A stretch of 64,000 bases of DNA from Candidatus Alloclostridium intestinigallinarum (GTDB taxonomy: Bacteria; Bacillota; Clostridia; Christensenellales; UBA3700), in NCBI GenBank assembly GCA_904393845.1, contig CAJFNB010000001.1, positions 127,623 through 191,622 of the forward strand. The letters run 5' to 3'. The notes beneath the pieces were generated by a model. It did no database searches, was not told the DNA's origin, and worked only from the letters and a program-made list of their open reading frames with translations. The number at the start of each line of letters is the position of its first letter. Position 1 is the first letter of the stretch. Below, in pieces: positions 39,336 through 49,793 of the stretch. The translations under genes were made by a program, and so were the position numbers.

Positions 39336-40013
39336 TCACACGCTCCCGTTTTGCAGCAGGGCGATTGCCGCTTCCGCCATTTTGGCGGCTGCCGCCGCGG
39401 GGACGTACGACAGGCTTCCCGGAGCGTGGCGCCCGTCCTGTTCCACAACGCCGCCCTCCGGCATTTCTTTCGAATATACCGCGGTAAGCGAGGTTATGCC
39501 CTCCTGCCTGAGCAGGCGGCGCATGGCGCGCGCCAGCGGACATACGGAAGTTTCGTATATATCCGCAATTTCAAAAGACGCCGCCTTTTTGTTGCCCGTA
39601 CCCATGCAGGAGATGACGGGAACGACGCCGTTGCAAGCCTTGACCAGCGCGACTTTTGACGTAACGGTGTCTATACAGTCAAGAACGAGGTCGTATTTTG
39701 AAAAGTCGAAAGCCGTTTGCGCGGTGAAGAAAAAGTCGAACTCCCCGACTTTTATCCGCGGATTTATATCCCTGAGCCGCCGCGCGCAGGCGCTTACCTT
39801 TTTTTCGCCCAGAGTGGAATTGAGCGCGATTATCTGCCTGTTTAAGTTGCTCTGTTCCACTATATCGCTGTCGATGAGCGCGATATGCCCCGCGCCGGCG
39901 CGGGCGAGAAACTCCGCAACGTAGCCGCCCACTCCGCCTACGCCGAATACGGCGACGGAAGATTCGGCGAGCCTGTCCGCCCCTGCGCCCAGAATGAGCC
40001 GGGTGCGGTTCAA
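39336..40013 (-). CDS. tcdA: ThiF/MoeB-fold tRNA threonylcarbamoyladenosine dehydratase-like protein
   Basis: VAVFGVGGVGGYVAEFLARAGAGHIALIDSDIVEQSNLNRQ, the TcdA/YgdL-type E1-like fold. Confidence 0.75.
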   Translation of the reverse strand: MNRTRLILGAGADRLAESSVAVFGVGGVGGYVAEFLARAGAGHIALIDSDIVEQSNLNRQIIALNSTLGEKKVSACARRLRDINPRIKVGEFDFFFTAQTAFDFSKYDLVLDCIDTVTSKVALVKACNGVVPVISCMGTGNKKAASFEIADIYETSVCPLARAMRRLLRQEGITSLTAVYSKEMPEGGVVEQDGRHAPGSLSYVPAAAAAKMAEAAIALLQNGSV

Positions 40014-40930
40014 CTGAACACTCCGGAAGACAGGTATCTGTCCCCCGTATCGGGCAGAATAACCACTATTTTTTTACCCCTGCCCTGCGTTTTCGCGTAT
40101 TCGCCCGCGGCAAAAAGCGCCGCGCCCGAGGAAATTCCCGCAAGCAATCCTTCCGATTTGGCAAGCAGGTCGGCGGTGGCGAACGCGTCTTCGTCGCTGA
40201 CGGTTATCACCTTATCGTAAGCGTTGGTATCCAGCACTTCGGGTACGAATCCCGCGCCAATACCCTGGATTTTATGCGGTCCCGCCTTTCCGCCGGAAAG
40301 TACGGGGGAAGCGGACGGCTCTACCGCGATTACCGCTATATCCTTATTGTATTCCCTCAGATATCTGGAAAGTCCCGTAACCGTGCCGCCCGTACCCACG
40401 CTGCACACGACGGCGTCGACCTGCCCGTCCGTGTCGCGCCATATTTCGTCGGCAGTGGACTTGTGCGCCCTCGGATTGGCGGGGTTTACAAACTGCCCGG
40501 CAATGATTGAGCCGGGTGTGGCGCGGTGCAATTCCTCCGCCCTGCGCGTTGCGCCCGACATTCCCTCCGCGCCCGGAGTGAGCACCAGCTCCGCTCCCAG
40601 CGCTTTAAGCAGTTTTCTGCGCTCTTCGCTCATGGTTTCCGGCATGGTGAGGATAAGTTTGTATCCCCTCACCGCGCACAGCGCGGCAAGTCCTATGCCC
40701 GTATTGCCCGAAGTAGGCTCTATAACGGTCCCGCCCGCGCGCAACAGTCCGCGCGCTTCCGCGTCGTTCAGCATGGAAAGCGCCGTTCTGTCCTTTATGC
40801 TTCCGGCGGGGTTCATACCCTCCGCCTTGCCTATAAGCGCGCAGGGCAACCCCATTTTTTTTGAAAGACGGGAAAGTTCCACAAGCGGAGTCCCCCCGAT
40901 TATCTGCGATATGTCCTTTGCTATTTTCAT
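40010..40930 (-). CDS. cysK: Cysteine synthase A (O-acetylserine sulfhydrylase)
   Basis: IGGTPLVEL, the PLP-lysine context NPAGSIKDR, and GTGGT. Start taken at MKIAKDIS, because the Arg/Lys-rich upstream extension looks non-coding. Confidence 0.9.
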   Translation of the reverse strand: MKIAKDISQIIGGTPLVELSRLSKKMGLPCALIGKAEGMNPAGSIKDRTALSMLNDAEARGLLRAGGTVIEPTSGNTGIGLAALCAVRGYKLILTMPETMSEERRKLLKALGAELVLTPGAEGMSGATRRAEELHRATPGSIIAGQFVNPANPRAHKSTADEIWRDTDGQVDAVVCSVGTGGTVTGLSRYLREYNKDIAVIAVEPSASPVLSGGKAGPHKIQGIGAGFVPEVLDTNAYDKVITVSDEDAFATADLLAKSEGLLAGISSGAALFAAGEYAKTQGRGKKIVVILPDTGDRYLSSGVFS

Positions 40931-40931
40931 G

Positions 40932-41570
40932 TCATTCTCCCTGCGGTCTGTCCGCGTCTTCGGCGGGTTCTTCCGCAGTCTGCTCTTCCGCCGCTTCCAC
41001 GGCGCCGTCTGCCTGTACCGCTTCTTCCGGCGCGTCTGCAGACTGCTCCGCCCGTTCTTCCTCTTCAGCGGTTTCCGTTTCCGCCGCCTGTTCATACTGC
41101 GGCGCGGGCGAGAAAGCCTTTACCGCTTCCAGCACGGCGGCAAGCAGAATGAACGCGGAGGCAACCGCCGCTTCAGGCGCGATATGCGTGCCGCTTTCGG
41201 TCACCATTTCCGCATACTCGTCCGTAAAGGGGAGCAGATAACATTGGTACGTGCACGCAACCATGACTCCGCACGCAAGCAATATAACCGCGGGCGCGAG
41301 ATATACCTTTGAATTTTTATTGGGTATAAAGGTGAACAGCACCGCGAACATGGGCAGTATAAAGCCGATAAACAGCGGCGCGTTGAAGTAGAACGAATGC
41401 GCCATTGAATAAAAAGTTATACGGAAGGAGGCTATTCCGTCGCCGCCCGCGTCCGTCACGCCCTTGGCGAAAAACAAGCCGAACGCCACAACCGCAAGCG
41501 CTTCCGCCATGGCGGTGAGCAATAACTGCCGCCTTGGTTGGTTTGCTATCTTTTTTAAAAACGTCTTCAT
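40932..41570 (-). CDS. Hypothetical polytopic membrane protein with acidic Ala/Glu-rich tail
   Basis: 212 aa with four or five hydrophobic segments. Its stop codon abuts the cysK start. Confidence 0.5.
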   Translation of the reverse strand: MKTFLKKIANQPRRQLLLTAMAEALAVVAFGLFFAKGVTDAGGDGIASFRITFYSMAHSFYFNAPLFIGFILPMFAVLFTFIPNKNSKVYLAPAVILLACGVMVACTYQCYLLPFTDEYAEMVTESGTHIAPEAAVASAFILLAAVLEAVKAFSPAPQYEQAAETETAEEEERAEQSADAPEEAVQADGAVEAAEEQTAEEPAEDADRPQGE

Positions 41571-41733
41571 ATTCTACCCCTTTGTTTATCTGCCCGACCT
41601 GCGCATTATCCGAAAACATTTACGCCGAAGCGGTTATGCCACGCCGCAGGACGGGAAATTATTTTTTTGTGTTTTTTACCCGGCTTTACCCGCCGCGTAT
41701 CGAACGGGCGGTTTCCCTGCCCGTTATATCCTA

Positions 41734-42681
41734 TCATATTGTGTTGATGGGCATACCGCACATATACGCCGTCAGATTTTTCGCCGCCAGACTGACGAGC
41801 CTGTTCCTCGTTTCGGCAGGCGCCCACGCCACGTGCGGAGTTATTACGCAGTTGTCGAGTCCGATAAGGCGGTTTGCCCGCGGCGGCTCCTGCCCGAGCA
41901 CGTCCAAAGCCGCCGCCCTTATCCTGCCGCCCGTAAGCGCGTCGTACAGCGCGTCCTCGTCCACAAGTCCGCCGCGCGCGGTGTTGATGAGTATCGCGCC
42001 GCTCTTCATAAGCGCCAGCGTATCCTTGTTTATAAGTTTTTCCGTCTGCTCCGTAAGCGGACAATGCAGGGTCAGCACGTCCGAACGGCTGAACAGCTCC
42101 TTTTTGCCCACAAGTTCGTAAGGGCAGTTTTCGGGAAGAGTGCGCGTGTGCACCAGCACTTTCATATCAAGCGCCGCCGCGGCTTTTGCCACCCTTTTTC
42201 CTATATCCCCGAAGCCGAATATGCCCAGCGTTTTGCCGCATACTTCGTGCATGGGATAGGGAAAGTAGCTGAAACAATCCTGCGCCTCCCACTCGCCCGC
42301 GCGCACCGCCCTGTCGTAGACGTCCGCCTTCGAGTAAAAGTGCAGAATAAGCGCCATTACATGCTGCGCCACCGCCGCGCCCGAATAACCGGGCACGTTG
42401 GTCACGGTTACGCCGAGTTCGCGCGCCGCCTTTAAGTCCACGTTGTTGTAGCCCGTGGCGAAAACGCCCACGTACTTCACTTCGGGCAGGCTTTCCAGCA
42501 CTCTGCGCGTTATGAGTATCTTGTTGCACAGAACAGCCGTGCAGCCGCGCGCGCCGCGGATAATATCCTCTTCGCTTCCGATGCGCAGCCAGCGGACGTT
42601 CCCCAGTTTTTCTATGGGTGAAAAGTCCACGTCGCCTTCGCAGGTAAGAGTCTGCTTGTCTAAAACGGCTATATCCATCAA
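41734..42681 (-). CDS. D-isomer-specific 2-hydroxyacid dehydrogenase (glycerate/hydroxypyruvate reductase-like)
   Basis: NAD-binding GIFGFGDIGKRVAK and the C-terminal VITPHVAW motif. Confidence 0.85.
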   Translation of the reverse strand: MMDIAVLDKQTLTCEGDVDFSPIEKLGNVRWLRIGSEEDIIRGARGCTAVLCNKILITRRVLESLPEVKYVGVFATGYNNVDLKAARELGVTVTNVPGYSGAAVAQHVMALILHFYSKADVYDRAVRAGEWEAQDCFSYFPYPMHEVCGKTLGIFGFGDIGKRVAKAAAALDMKVLVHTRTLPENCPYELVGKKELFSRSDVLTLHCPLTEQTEKLINKDTLALMKSGAILINTARGGLVDEDALYDALTGGRIRAAALDVLGQEPPRANRLIGLDNCVITPHVAWAPAETRNRLVSLAAKNLTAYMCGMPINTI

Positions 42682-43709
42682 AGCGTTACTGTCACCTTGT
42701 TCAGGTTGCGGGGAGTATCCACTTTCAGACCCTTGGCAAGTCCCACGTTGAGCGCGAGCAGGGATACCGCCACGCCGTAGGTTACGGGCGCGGTCACATC
42801 GCTTGCCGCAGGCATGACCACCTTGTTGTCGGCAACTTCCAGCACTTCGGGAATGTCGCTGAATACGGTGAGTTTGCCTTCCAGGCTCTTAATGCGCTTT
42901 GCAAGGTTTTTGTACTCTTCTTCAAACACGCCGGAAGGCGCAAGCAGAATTACGTTCGCGGTTTCGTCGATGAGCGAGAAGGGACCGTGCATAAAGTTCG
43001 CCGTAGAGAACGCGCGGTTGAACATATAGCAGCATTCGGTAAGTTTCAGCGCGCATTCGTCGCCCGTGCCCAGCATGGTGCCGCGGGTTAAAATAATGTT
43101 GCTCTTCTCCTTGTAAATGCCCTTTGCGGCAACGGCTATTTCGTCGAATTTTTCCAGAATACCGGCAATTTTCCCGGGATATTCGTCTATCTCGGCGCCG
43201 ATATTTCCGCCCAGCGCGTCCGCAAGCAGGGCGAGCGCGGTAAGTTCGCCTATGTAAGTTTTGGTAGCCGCGACCGACTTTTCCTCTTCAACGTCCATGA
43301 ACAGGTGGAAGTCAGCCTGCTGCGCCACGGGGCTTTCGTTATTGTTGGTGACCGCCACGGTCATGGCGCCCGCCGCCTTTGCCTTGTTGAACACGTCTAT
43401 CGTGTCCTTTGACATACCCGACTGCGACACGATTATCATGCAGGTATCCTTCATATCCACCTTGGTGTTGTACACGGTATAAAGAGAGGGGTGGAATTTG
43501 CCAACCTGTATTCCCGTCACGAGCGGACACAGGAAGGAAAATACGGTGGCGGCGTTATCGGAAGTGCCGCGCGCCAGCGTAACGAATTTTACGACGCCTC
43601 TTTCCTTTACCGCTTTGGCGATCTCTGCCGCAACGGGACGGCAGGAAGCTATCGTGCGTTTTATCATCTGAGGTTCGGAGAATATCTCCTGCTGCATTAA
43701 TGTGGTCAT
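42678..43709 (-). CDS. Double-SIS-domain sugar-phosphate isomerase/deaminase (GlmS C-terminal-like, AgaS/FrlB type)
   Basis: 343 aa. QEIFSEPQ N-terminus, ARGTSDNAA and VSQSGMSKDT SIS motifs. Overlaps the dehydrogenase gene by 4 nt. Confidence 0.75.
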   Translation of the reverse strand: MTTLMQQEIFSEPQMIKRTIASCRPVAAEIAKAVKERGVVKFVTLARGTSDNAATVFSFLCPLVTGIQVGKFHPSLYTVYNTKVDMKDTCMIIVSQSGMSKDTIDVFNKAKAAGAMTVAVTNNNESPVAQQADFHLFMDVEEEKSVAATKTYIGELTALALLADALGGNIGAEIDEYPGKIAGILEKFDEIAVAAKGIYKEKSNIILTRGTMLGTGDECALKLTECCYMFNRAFSTANFMHGPFSLIDETANVILLAPSGVFEEEYKNLAKRIKSLEGKLTVFSDIPEVLEVADNKVVMPAASDVTAPVTYGVAVSLLALNVGLAKGLKVDTPRNLNKVTVTL

Positions 43710-43821
43710 ATAAACTCTCCTTTTCCGCCCGTACGGGCGCGGAATATAAATTTATAATATTATAATACCACAAGCGATTATTTTATGCAACCCGAACGTT
43801 ATCCATCTTTTACGGCAATTT

Positions 43822-43857
43822 TTCCGAAAGCAAAAGGGCGAAGCCGCGGCTTCGCCC
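43822..43857 (-). terminator. Rho-independent terminator of argS
   Basis: Perfect 22-bp palindrome gggcgaagccgcggcttcgccc, followed on the minus strand by ttttgctttc. Confidence 0.75.
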
Positions 43858-43885
43858 TGCAATCGTTGAAATTCCTTCCTTATTT

Positions 43886-45571
43886 CTACATTTTTTCGGG
43901 AGATTGGATTCCCAGAAGGGAAAGTCCGTCCGCGAGCACGCCCCTGACCGCCTTGACGAGCATGAGCCTTGCCTTGCGGACGGCGTCGGGCGATTTGGCG
44001 ATGTTGCAGGCAAGGTAGAATTTGCCGAACGCCTGCGACAGGTCCACCAAAAAGCGGCTGAGGTAGCAAGGCTCGTACTTTTCCACGGCGGAAAGAATTA
44101 CGTCGGGGTAGGAATCGAGAAGTTTGAGCACTTCGCCCGCCTCTTCACCCGCAACGCCGGAGTAGTCGGGGTCGCAGTCGGGATAAGAGCACTTTTCCAA
44201 AAGCGAGCGGCAGCGCGCCTGGGTGTACTGCACGTAAGGTCCCGTTTCGCCGTCGAAATTGAGCGCGCGCGAATAGCTGAAAGTCATGTCCTTTATGCGG
44301 TTGTTGTAGAGCACGCCGAAGATGACCGCGCCCACGCCTATCTGCTCCGCCACCTCGTCGGGATTGGGCAGATCTTCCGATTTTTCCTTTATGATCTCCC
44401 TGCTCTTGCTCACCGCCATGTTGAGAACGTCGTCGAGGTAGACCACGTTGCCGCTGCGCGTGGAAAGCGAGCCTTCTTCCAGCGAAACCATGCCGTGTGC
44501 GACGTGGTACAAGTCTTTATACCACTCCTCGCCCGCGAGTTCGAGCACCTTGAACCATTGCCTGAAATGCAGATTCTGCTGGCTTGCCACCACGTACAGG
44601 CACTTGTCGAAATTATACGTCTTTTTGCGGTAGAACGCCGCCGCGAGGTCGCGCGTGGCGTACAGCGTGGCCCCGTCCGAGCGCACGAGCAGGCAGGGCG
44701 GCATGTCGTCGCCCAGGCGCACTATTTTTGCGCCGTTGTCGTCCACGAGCAAGCCCTTTTGCGTGAGAAGGTCGAGGACGGGCTGCATTTTGTCGTTATA
44801 GAAACTTTCGCCCGCATAGGAATCGAACGTCACGTTAAGGCGCTTGTAGATTTTCTCTACCTCTTCCAAAGTGGACTTTTTGAAGCGGTTGAAGATGGAA
44901 AGCGCTTCTTCGTCGCCGTCTTCTATCTTCTTGAACCAGGCGCGCGCCTCGTCGTCCAGCACGGGGTTTTTCTCCGCTTCCTTGTGGAATTTCACGTATA
45001 TATCCACAAGCGAACGCACTCCGCGCTTTTCTATGTCCTTGTCGTCGCCCCACAGCTTGTAAGCCACTATAAGTTTGCCGAACTGCGTGCCCCAGTCGCC
45101 CAGATGGTTTATACCCACCGTATTATACCCCGCCTTTTTGTGCAGACGGTAGAGCGCCGCGCCCAAAACCGTGTTCAGCAGATGACCTATATGGAAAGGC
45201 TTTGCGATATTAACGGACGAGTAGTCTATGCACACCGTCTTGCCCCTGCCTATATCGCTGTTTCCGTAATATTCACCCGCGGACAACACCTTTTCCAGCA
45301 CGTCTTTGGCATAGGACTGCTTGTTGAGGGTAAAGTTGACGAACGGGCCCGCGGCCTCCGCCTTTTCCAGAAAGTTGTAACAGCCTATCCTGCCCACAAC
45401 TTCCTTTGCAAGCTCCGCGGGATTCTTCCCCGCCGCCTTTGCCAGACGGAAACAGGGCAGCGAATAATCGCCGTGCGCCTTATCCCTGGAAGGAACTATC
45501 TGCGACATTATCTCTTCGCTGTCTATCCCCTCGATTATAACAGTATCCGCCAAAAGTTTTTTGTAATCCAT
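43886..45571 (-). CDS. argS: Arginine--tRNA ligase
   Basis: 561 aa. HIGH-type motif PFHIGHLLN and a class-I ArgRS C-terminal anticodon-binding region. Confidence 0.93.
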   Translation of the reverse strand: MDYKKLLADTVIIEGIDSEEIMSQIVPSRDKAHGDYSLPCFRLAKAAGKNPAELAKEVVGRIGCYNFLEKAEAAGPFVNFTLNKQSYAKDVLEKVLSAGEYYGNSDIGRGKTVCIDYSSVNIAKPFHIGHLLNTVLGAALYRLHKKAGYNTVGINHLGDWGTQFGKLIVAYKLWGDDKDIEKRGVRSLVDIYVKFHKEAEKNPVLDDEARAWFKKIEDGDEEALSIFNRFKKSTLEEVEKIYKRLNVTFDSYAGESFYNDKMQPVLDLLTQKGLLVDDNGAKIVRLGDDMPPCLLVRSDGATLYATRDLAAAFYRKKTYNFDKCLYVVASQQNLHFRQWFKVLELAGEEWYKDLYHVAHGMVSLEEGSLSTRSGNVVYLDDVLNMAVSKSREIIKEKSEDLPNPDEVAEQIGVGAVIFGVLYNNRIKDMTFSYSRALNFDGETGPYVQYTQARCRSLLEKCSYPDCDPDYSGVAGEEAGEVLKLLDSYPDVILSAVEKYEPCYLSRFLVDLSQAFGKFYLACNIAKSPDAVRKARLMLVKAVRGVLADGLSLLGIQSPEKM

Positions 45572-45615
45572 TTTTATCCCCGCCCTCCCGGGTCTTTTAT
45601 TTCTGTTGAGCCGCC

Positions 45616-46707
45616 CTACACGTTAAAGCGGAACAAGATGACGTCGCCGTCTTTTACCACGTAATCCTTGCCTTCGCTGCGTACCTTGCCCTTTTCCTTT
45701 GCGGCGGTATAGGAGCCGCATTCGAGCAAAGTGCGCCAATCCACAACTTCCGCGCGGATAAATCCCTTTTCAAAGTCGCTGTGTATCTTGCCCGCCGCCT
45801 GGGGCGCCTTGGTGCCTTCTTTTATCGTCCAGGCTCTCGTTTCCTTTTCTCCCGCGGTGAGGTAGCTGATAAGTCCCAGCAGTTTGTAGCACGCCTTTAC
45901 GAGCACGTCGAGGCCGCTTTCCTTCAAGCCCAGCTCTTCACGGAACATTGCCTTGTCCTCGTCGCCCATGCCCGCAAGGTCTTCTTCTATTTTGGCGCAG
46001 AGAACTATCGCGTCCGAGCGGTGTTCTTCCGCATACTTTTTCACCGCTTTCACATAGTCGTTATCCGGCTGGCCTATTTCGCTTTCGGCGATATTCGCGG
46101 CATAGATGACGGGCTTTTCCGTGAGCAGGAAACAGTTATCCACAACTTCGCGCTCTTCTTCGGTAAAATCCATCATGCGCGCGGGAATGCCCTGCTCCAA
46201 TTTGGCGTAAACGCCGTCCAGAACGTCCGCTTCCCAGGCGTACTTTTTGTCGCCGCCCTTTGCGGAAGTGCGCGCCTTCGCGCTACGCTTCTGCACCGTT
46301 TCCATATCGGCGAAGATAAGTTCGTACTCTATCGTTTCAATGTCGCGCAGAGGATTTACGCTGCCGTCGACGTGCGTGATATTCTCGTCGTCGAAACAGC
46401 GCACCACGTGCACGATTGCGTCCGTTTCGCGTATGTGCGAGAGGAATTTGTTGCCCAGACCTTCGCCGTGGGAAGCACCCTTTACAAGTCCGGCTATATC
46501 CACGAATTCCAGCACCGTGGGCGTTACTTTTTTACTGTTATAAAGCGCAGCCAGCTTGTCAAGCCGCTCGTCCGGCACGGCAACCACGCCCACGTTGGGT
46601 TCTATGGTGCAGAACGGATAGTTGGCGCACTCCGCGCCCGCCTGGGTTATCGCGTTGAAAAGCGTACTCTTGCCCACGTTGGGCAGACCTACAACACCGA
46701 GTTTCAT
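45616..46707 (-). CDS. ychF: Redox-regulated / ribosome-binding ATPase YchF
   Basis: [21 protein letters not shown], with C-terminal TGS-like [14 protein letters not shown]. Confidence 0.94.
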   Translation of the reverse strand: MKLGVVGLPNVGKSTLFNAITQAGAECANYPFCTIEPNVGVVAVPDERLDKLAALYNSKKVTPTVLEFVDIAGLVKGASHGEGLGNKFLSHIRETDAIVHVVRCFDDENITHVDGSVNPLRDIETIEYELIFADMETVQKRSAKARTSAKGGDKKYAWEADVLDGVYAKLEQGIPARMMDFTEEEREVVDNCFLLTEKPVIYAANIAESEIGQPDNDYVKAVKKYAEEHRSDAIVLCAKIEEDLAGMGDEDKAMFREELGLKESGLDVLVKACYKLLGLISYLTAGEKETRAWTIKEGTKAPQAAGKIHSDFEKGFIRAEVVDWRTLLECGSYTAAKEKGKVRSEGKDYVVKDGDVILFRFNV

Positions 46708-46723
46708 AATATCTCCTTTTTTC

Positions 46724-47716
46724 TTACAGCAGAGTTATGCCCTTTTCAAGACAGCTCTTTCTTTCCCATTCGGGCCAGATGCTCGCCTGTACCTCGCCGA
46801 TATGCGCGCGGTTGAGAATGTACATGCACAGCCTTGACTGACCTATGCCGCCGCCTATGGTAAGAGGCAGACGCCCCGCAAGAAGTTCCGTATGATAAGG
46901 CAGTTTCGCCCTGCCTTCCGCGCCCGCCGCTTTAAGCTGTTCGGACAGCGACTTCGCGTCCACCCTAATGCCCATGCTGGATACTTCGAAAGCCCTGTCA
47001 AGCACGGGATAGTAAAGCACTATATCGCCGTTAAGCGCCCAGTCGTCGTAGTCGGGCGCCCTGCCGTCGTGCGGTTTGCCCGATTTGAGCGGCGCGCCTA
47101 TGCCGCAGATAAACGCCGCGCCCCGCTCGCGCACGAACGCGGTTTCGCGCTCGGACGGCATAAGGTCGGGATACATATCTTCAAGCTCCTGAGTGGTGAC
47201 GAAAGTTATCTCCTCGCTTAAAAAGTTTTGCAGTACGCCGTATTTTTCGCAAGCCTGCGCCGCCGTTTCGCGGATAGCCCCGTAAATGCGCATGACCGTA
47301 TCACGCAGATATTCCACCGTTCTGTCTTCCGCGGTGATGACCTTTTCCCAGTCCCACTGATCCACATATATGGAATGCAGTGCGTCGCACACTTCGTCGC
47401 GGCGGATTGCGTTCATATCCGTATAAAGCCCTTTATGCACGGGAAAACCGTATTGGCGCAACGCGTACCTCTTCCACTTTGCAAGCGAATGCACCACTTC
47501 CGCGGTCTTGCCCGTCTGCAATATGTCGAAAGATACGGCGCGTTCGTAGCCGTTGAGATTGTCGTTAAGACCGCTGTCGCGCAACACAAACAGCGGTGCG
47601 GATACGCGGGTGAGCTCCAGCGCGTGCGCAAGATTGCGCTCGAACGTGTCTTTGGTGAATTTAATCGCCTTTTGGGTCGTGATGAGATCCATCGGCGCGG
47701 TGTATTTGCCCTGCAT
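46724..47716 (-). CDS. asnA: Aspartate--ammonia ligase
   Basis: 330 aa. TQKAIKFTKDTFERNL...LTRVSAPLF is the typical AsnA N-terminus, with a class-II-synthetase-like core. Confidence 0.88.
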   Translation of the reverse strand: MQGKYTAPMDLITTQKAIKFTKDTFERNLAHALELTRVSAPLFVLRDSGLNDNLNGYERAVSFDILQTGKTAEVVHSLAKWKRYALRQYGFPVHKGLYTDMNAIRRDEVCDALHSIYVDQWDWEKVITAEDRTVEYLRDTVMRIYGAIRETAAQACEKYGVLQNFLSEEITFVTTQELEDMYPDLMPSERETAFVRERGAAFICGIGAPLKSGKPHDGRAPDYDDWALNGDIVLYYPVLDRAFEVSSMGIRVDAKSLSEQLKAAGAEGRAKLPYHTELLAGRLPLTIGGGIGQSRLCMYILNRAHIGEVQASIWPEWERKSCLEKGITLL

Positions 47717-47993
47717 AAAGCCTCCGAAAGGTAATAATATACAATAATATTAGTACATTGCGGGATAAAAGTCAAATATAAAACGCCGCGGAATACGCTT
47801 GCCGCGGTTGAAAACAGAGCGCGCAACGCCCGGACGCGGATTTACCCTTCCGGAAAACGGCTTTATTGCGGCGCGGAGAATTTTCAAGACATTCCGCTTG
47901 TTTGCCCCGCCGCTTTTCACAATATCCGCAGAAGGCGCGGTTTTATCCGGACGCGGATAATGTTGCGGAAGAAAAAATTTTACGAAAAATATA

Positions 47994-48044
47994 TTGACAC
48001 CGTGTCAAAACAGCGGTACAATAATTGCGTTGACAGAGTGTCAA
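47994..48044 (+). promoter_or_regulatory. Consensus promoter with two 15-bp palindromic operators
   Basis: TTGACA (47994-47999), a 17-nt spacer and TACAAT (48017-48022). The palindromes TTGACAccgTGTCAA (47994-48008) and TTGACAgagTGTCAA (48030-48044) cover the -35 and the predicted start site. Confidence 0.7.
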
Positions 48045-48092
48045 CCGCGCCTTCCGGGCGCGGAACGCAAACTATATCTTACGGAGGTATAT

Positions 48093-49259
48093 ATGTTAGG
48101 CAACTTTACTTACTGCAATCCCACAAGGCTTTATTTCGGCAAAGATTCTCTGGGCTGCTTAAAGGGCGAGCTGGACAAATACGGCAAAAACGTGGTGCTC
48201 ATATACGGCGGCGGCTCTATTAAGAAAAACGGGATATACGACAAGGTGACGGCTATTTTGAAAGACTGCGGCAAAAACGTGGCGGAGATTTCCGGCGTTA
48301 TGCCCAACCCCACCTATAAAAAACTGCTTGAAGGCGTGGATATTGCGCGCAAACACAAGGCGGACTTTCTGCTTGCGGTAGGCGGCGGAAGCGTATGCGA
48401 CTACGCCAAAGCGGTGTCCGTTTCCGTAAACTGCGAAGGCGACATATGGGACAAATATTATGTGAAATTCGAAGAGCCGGACTGCAAAATAATTCCCGTA
48501 GGCTGTGTGCTTACCATGGTGGGCACGGGCAGCGAGATGAACGGCGGCAGCGTTATCACCAACACCGATACCAAGATGAAAGTGGGGCACGTCTTCGGCA
48601 CGGAAGTTATGCCCAAATTTTCTGTTCTCAATCCCGAATTTACGCTCACTCTTCCCCACTATCAGATGGTGGCGGGCATATACGACATATTCAACCACAT
48701 ATGCGAGCAGTATTTTTCGGGCGAAGACGACAACACTTCCGACTACATCTCGGAAGGACTTATGCGCAGTCTGCTCGCCTCTTCGCGCATAGCGAATAAG
48801 GATATGCAAAATTACGAGGCGCGCAGTAACATTATGTGGACGGCTACCTGGGCGCTCAACACTCTGGTCTCCTGCGGCAAGAGCACGGACTGGATGGTGC
48901 ACATGCTGGGTCAGGCGGTCGGAGCTTACACAAACGCCACGCACGGCATGACGCTGTCGGCGGTTTCCCTTCCCTACTACCGCCATATTCTCCCCTACGG
49001 CGTACAGAAATTCAGGCGCTTTGCAATCAACGTATGGGACGTAAACCCCGAAGGCAAGAGCGATATGCAGGTGGCAAAAGAAGGGCTTGACGAAATGGGA
49101 AAGTGGATGAAGGAACTCTCCCTTGCCATGAATATCACCGAGCTTGGCGCAAACGAAGGCATGATAGAAGGCTTAACGAAGAGCACGCTCATCATGGACG
49201 GCGGTTATAAAAAGCTTACGCCGGAAGAGATAGCGCAGATATTCAGAGAAAGTCTTTAA
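48093..49259 (+). CDS. Iron-containing (group III) alcohol dehydrogenase, YqhD/butanol-dehydrogenase-like
   Basis: YGGGSIKKNG and AVGGGSVCDYAK motifs. ATG at 48093 follows a GGAGG RBS. Confidence 0.85.
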   Translation: MLGNFTYCNPTRLYFGKDSLGCLKGELDKYGKNVVLIYGGGSIKKNGIYDKVTAILKDCGKNVAEISGVMPNPTYKKLLEGVDIARKHKADFLLAVGGGSVCDYAKAVSVSVNCEGDIWDKYYVKFEEPDCKIIPVGCVLTMVGTGSEMNGGSVITNTDTKMKVGHVFGTEVMPKFSVLNPEFTLTLPHYQMVAGIYDIFNHICEQYFSGEDDNTSDYISEGLMRSLLASSRIANKDMQNYEARSNIMWTATWALNTLVSCGKSTDWMVHMLGQAVGAYTNATHGMTLSAVSLPYYRHILPYGVQKFRRFAINVWDVNPEGKSDMQVAKEGLDEMGKWMKELSLAMNITELGANEGMIEGLTKSTLIMDGGYKKLTPEEIAQIFRESL

Positions 49260-49327
49260 TAAAAAATTCCGCCTCTGCCTTTGAAATTTTGGGGGCAGGG
49301 GCGGAAAAATCAAACAGAAGGTGAATT

Positions 49328-49792
49328 GTGGATAACAAAATTTTGGTAACTTACTTTTCGGCAAGCGGCGTTACGGCACGCGCCGCGAAAGAAATCGCTT
49401 CGAGCGTGGGCGCGGATATAGCGGAAATCAAACCCGCCGTGCCCTACACTTCCGCAGACCTCAACTGGATGGACAAAAAAAGCCGCACCACCCTGGAGAG
49501 CAAGGACATGAACTGCCGTCCCGAAATGGCGGCGGATATCGACGTTGCGCCCTACGATACGGTGTTTGTCGGCTTCCCCGTGTGGTGGTACAGGGAACCT
49601 GCCATAATAGACACTTTCCTTGAAAGCGGCAATTTTTCCGGTAAGAAGATAATTCCCTTCGCCACCTCGGGCGGAAGCGGCATAGAAGGCTCGGAAAGGC
49701 ATATGAAAGAGGTATGCCCTACCGCTGTCTGGGTAAAAGGCAAGCTCGTAAACCGCGGCGCGGGAGCCTGGGCAAAGGAAATAATTAAGTGA
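49328..49792 (+). CDS. Flavodoxin-like protein
   Basis: 154 aa with ILVTYFSASGVT FMN-loop and GFPVWW. Confidence 0.75.
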   Translation: MDNKILVTYFSASGVTARAAKEIASSVGADIAEIKPAVPYTSADLNWMDKKSRTTLESKDMNCRPEMAADIDVAPYDTVFVGFPVWWYREPAIIDTFLESGNFSGKKIIPFATSGGSGIEGSERHMKEVCPTAVWVKGKLVNRGAGAWAKEIIK

Positions 49793-49793
49793 T

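Noticed and set aside
40931-41095. 55-aa Arg/Lys-rich N-terminal extension of CysK
   Set aside because: The extension overlaps the 3' end of the upstream membrane-protein gene in another frame. Canonical CysK begins at MKIAKDIS...IGGTPLV.
43904-45664. 586-aa plus-strand ORF opposite argS
   Set aside because: It is antisense to an unambiguous argS/ychF. Its Arg/His/Val/Phe-rich low-information translation is typical of shadow ORFs in GC-rich DNA. The same reasoning applies to 2407..3450, 6306..7472, 10705..11766, 13718..14668, 20757..21752, 28470..29639, 36739..37905, 45781..46815, 52082..53404 and similar track entries.
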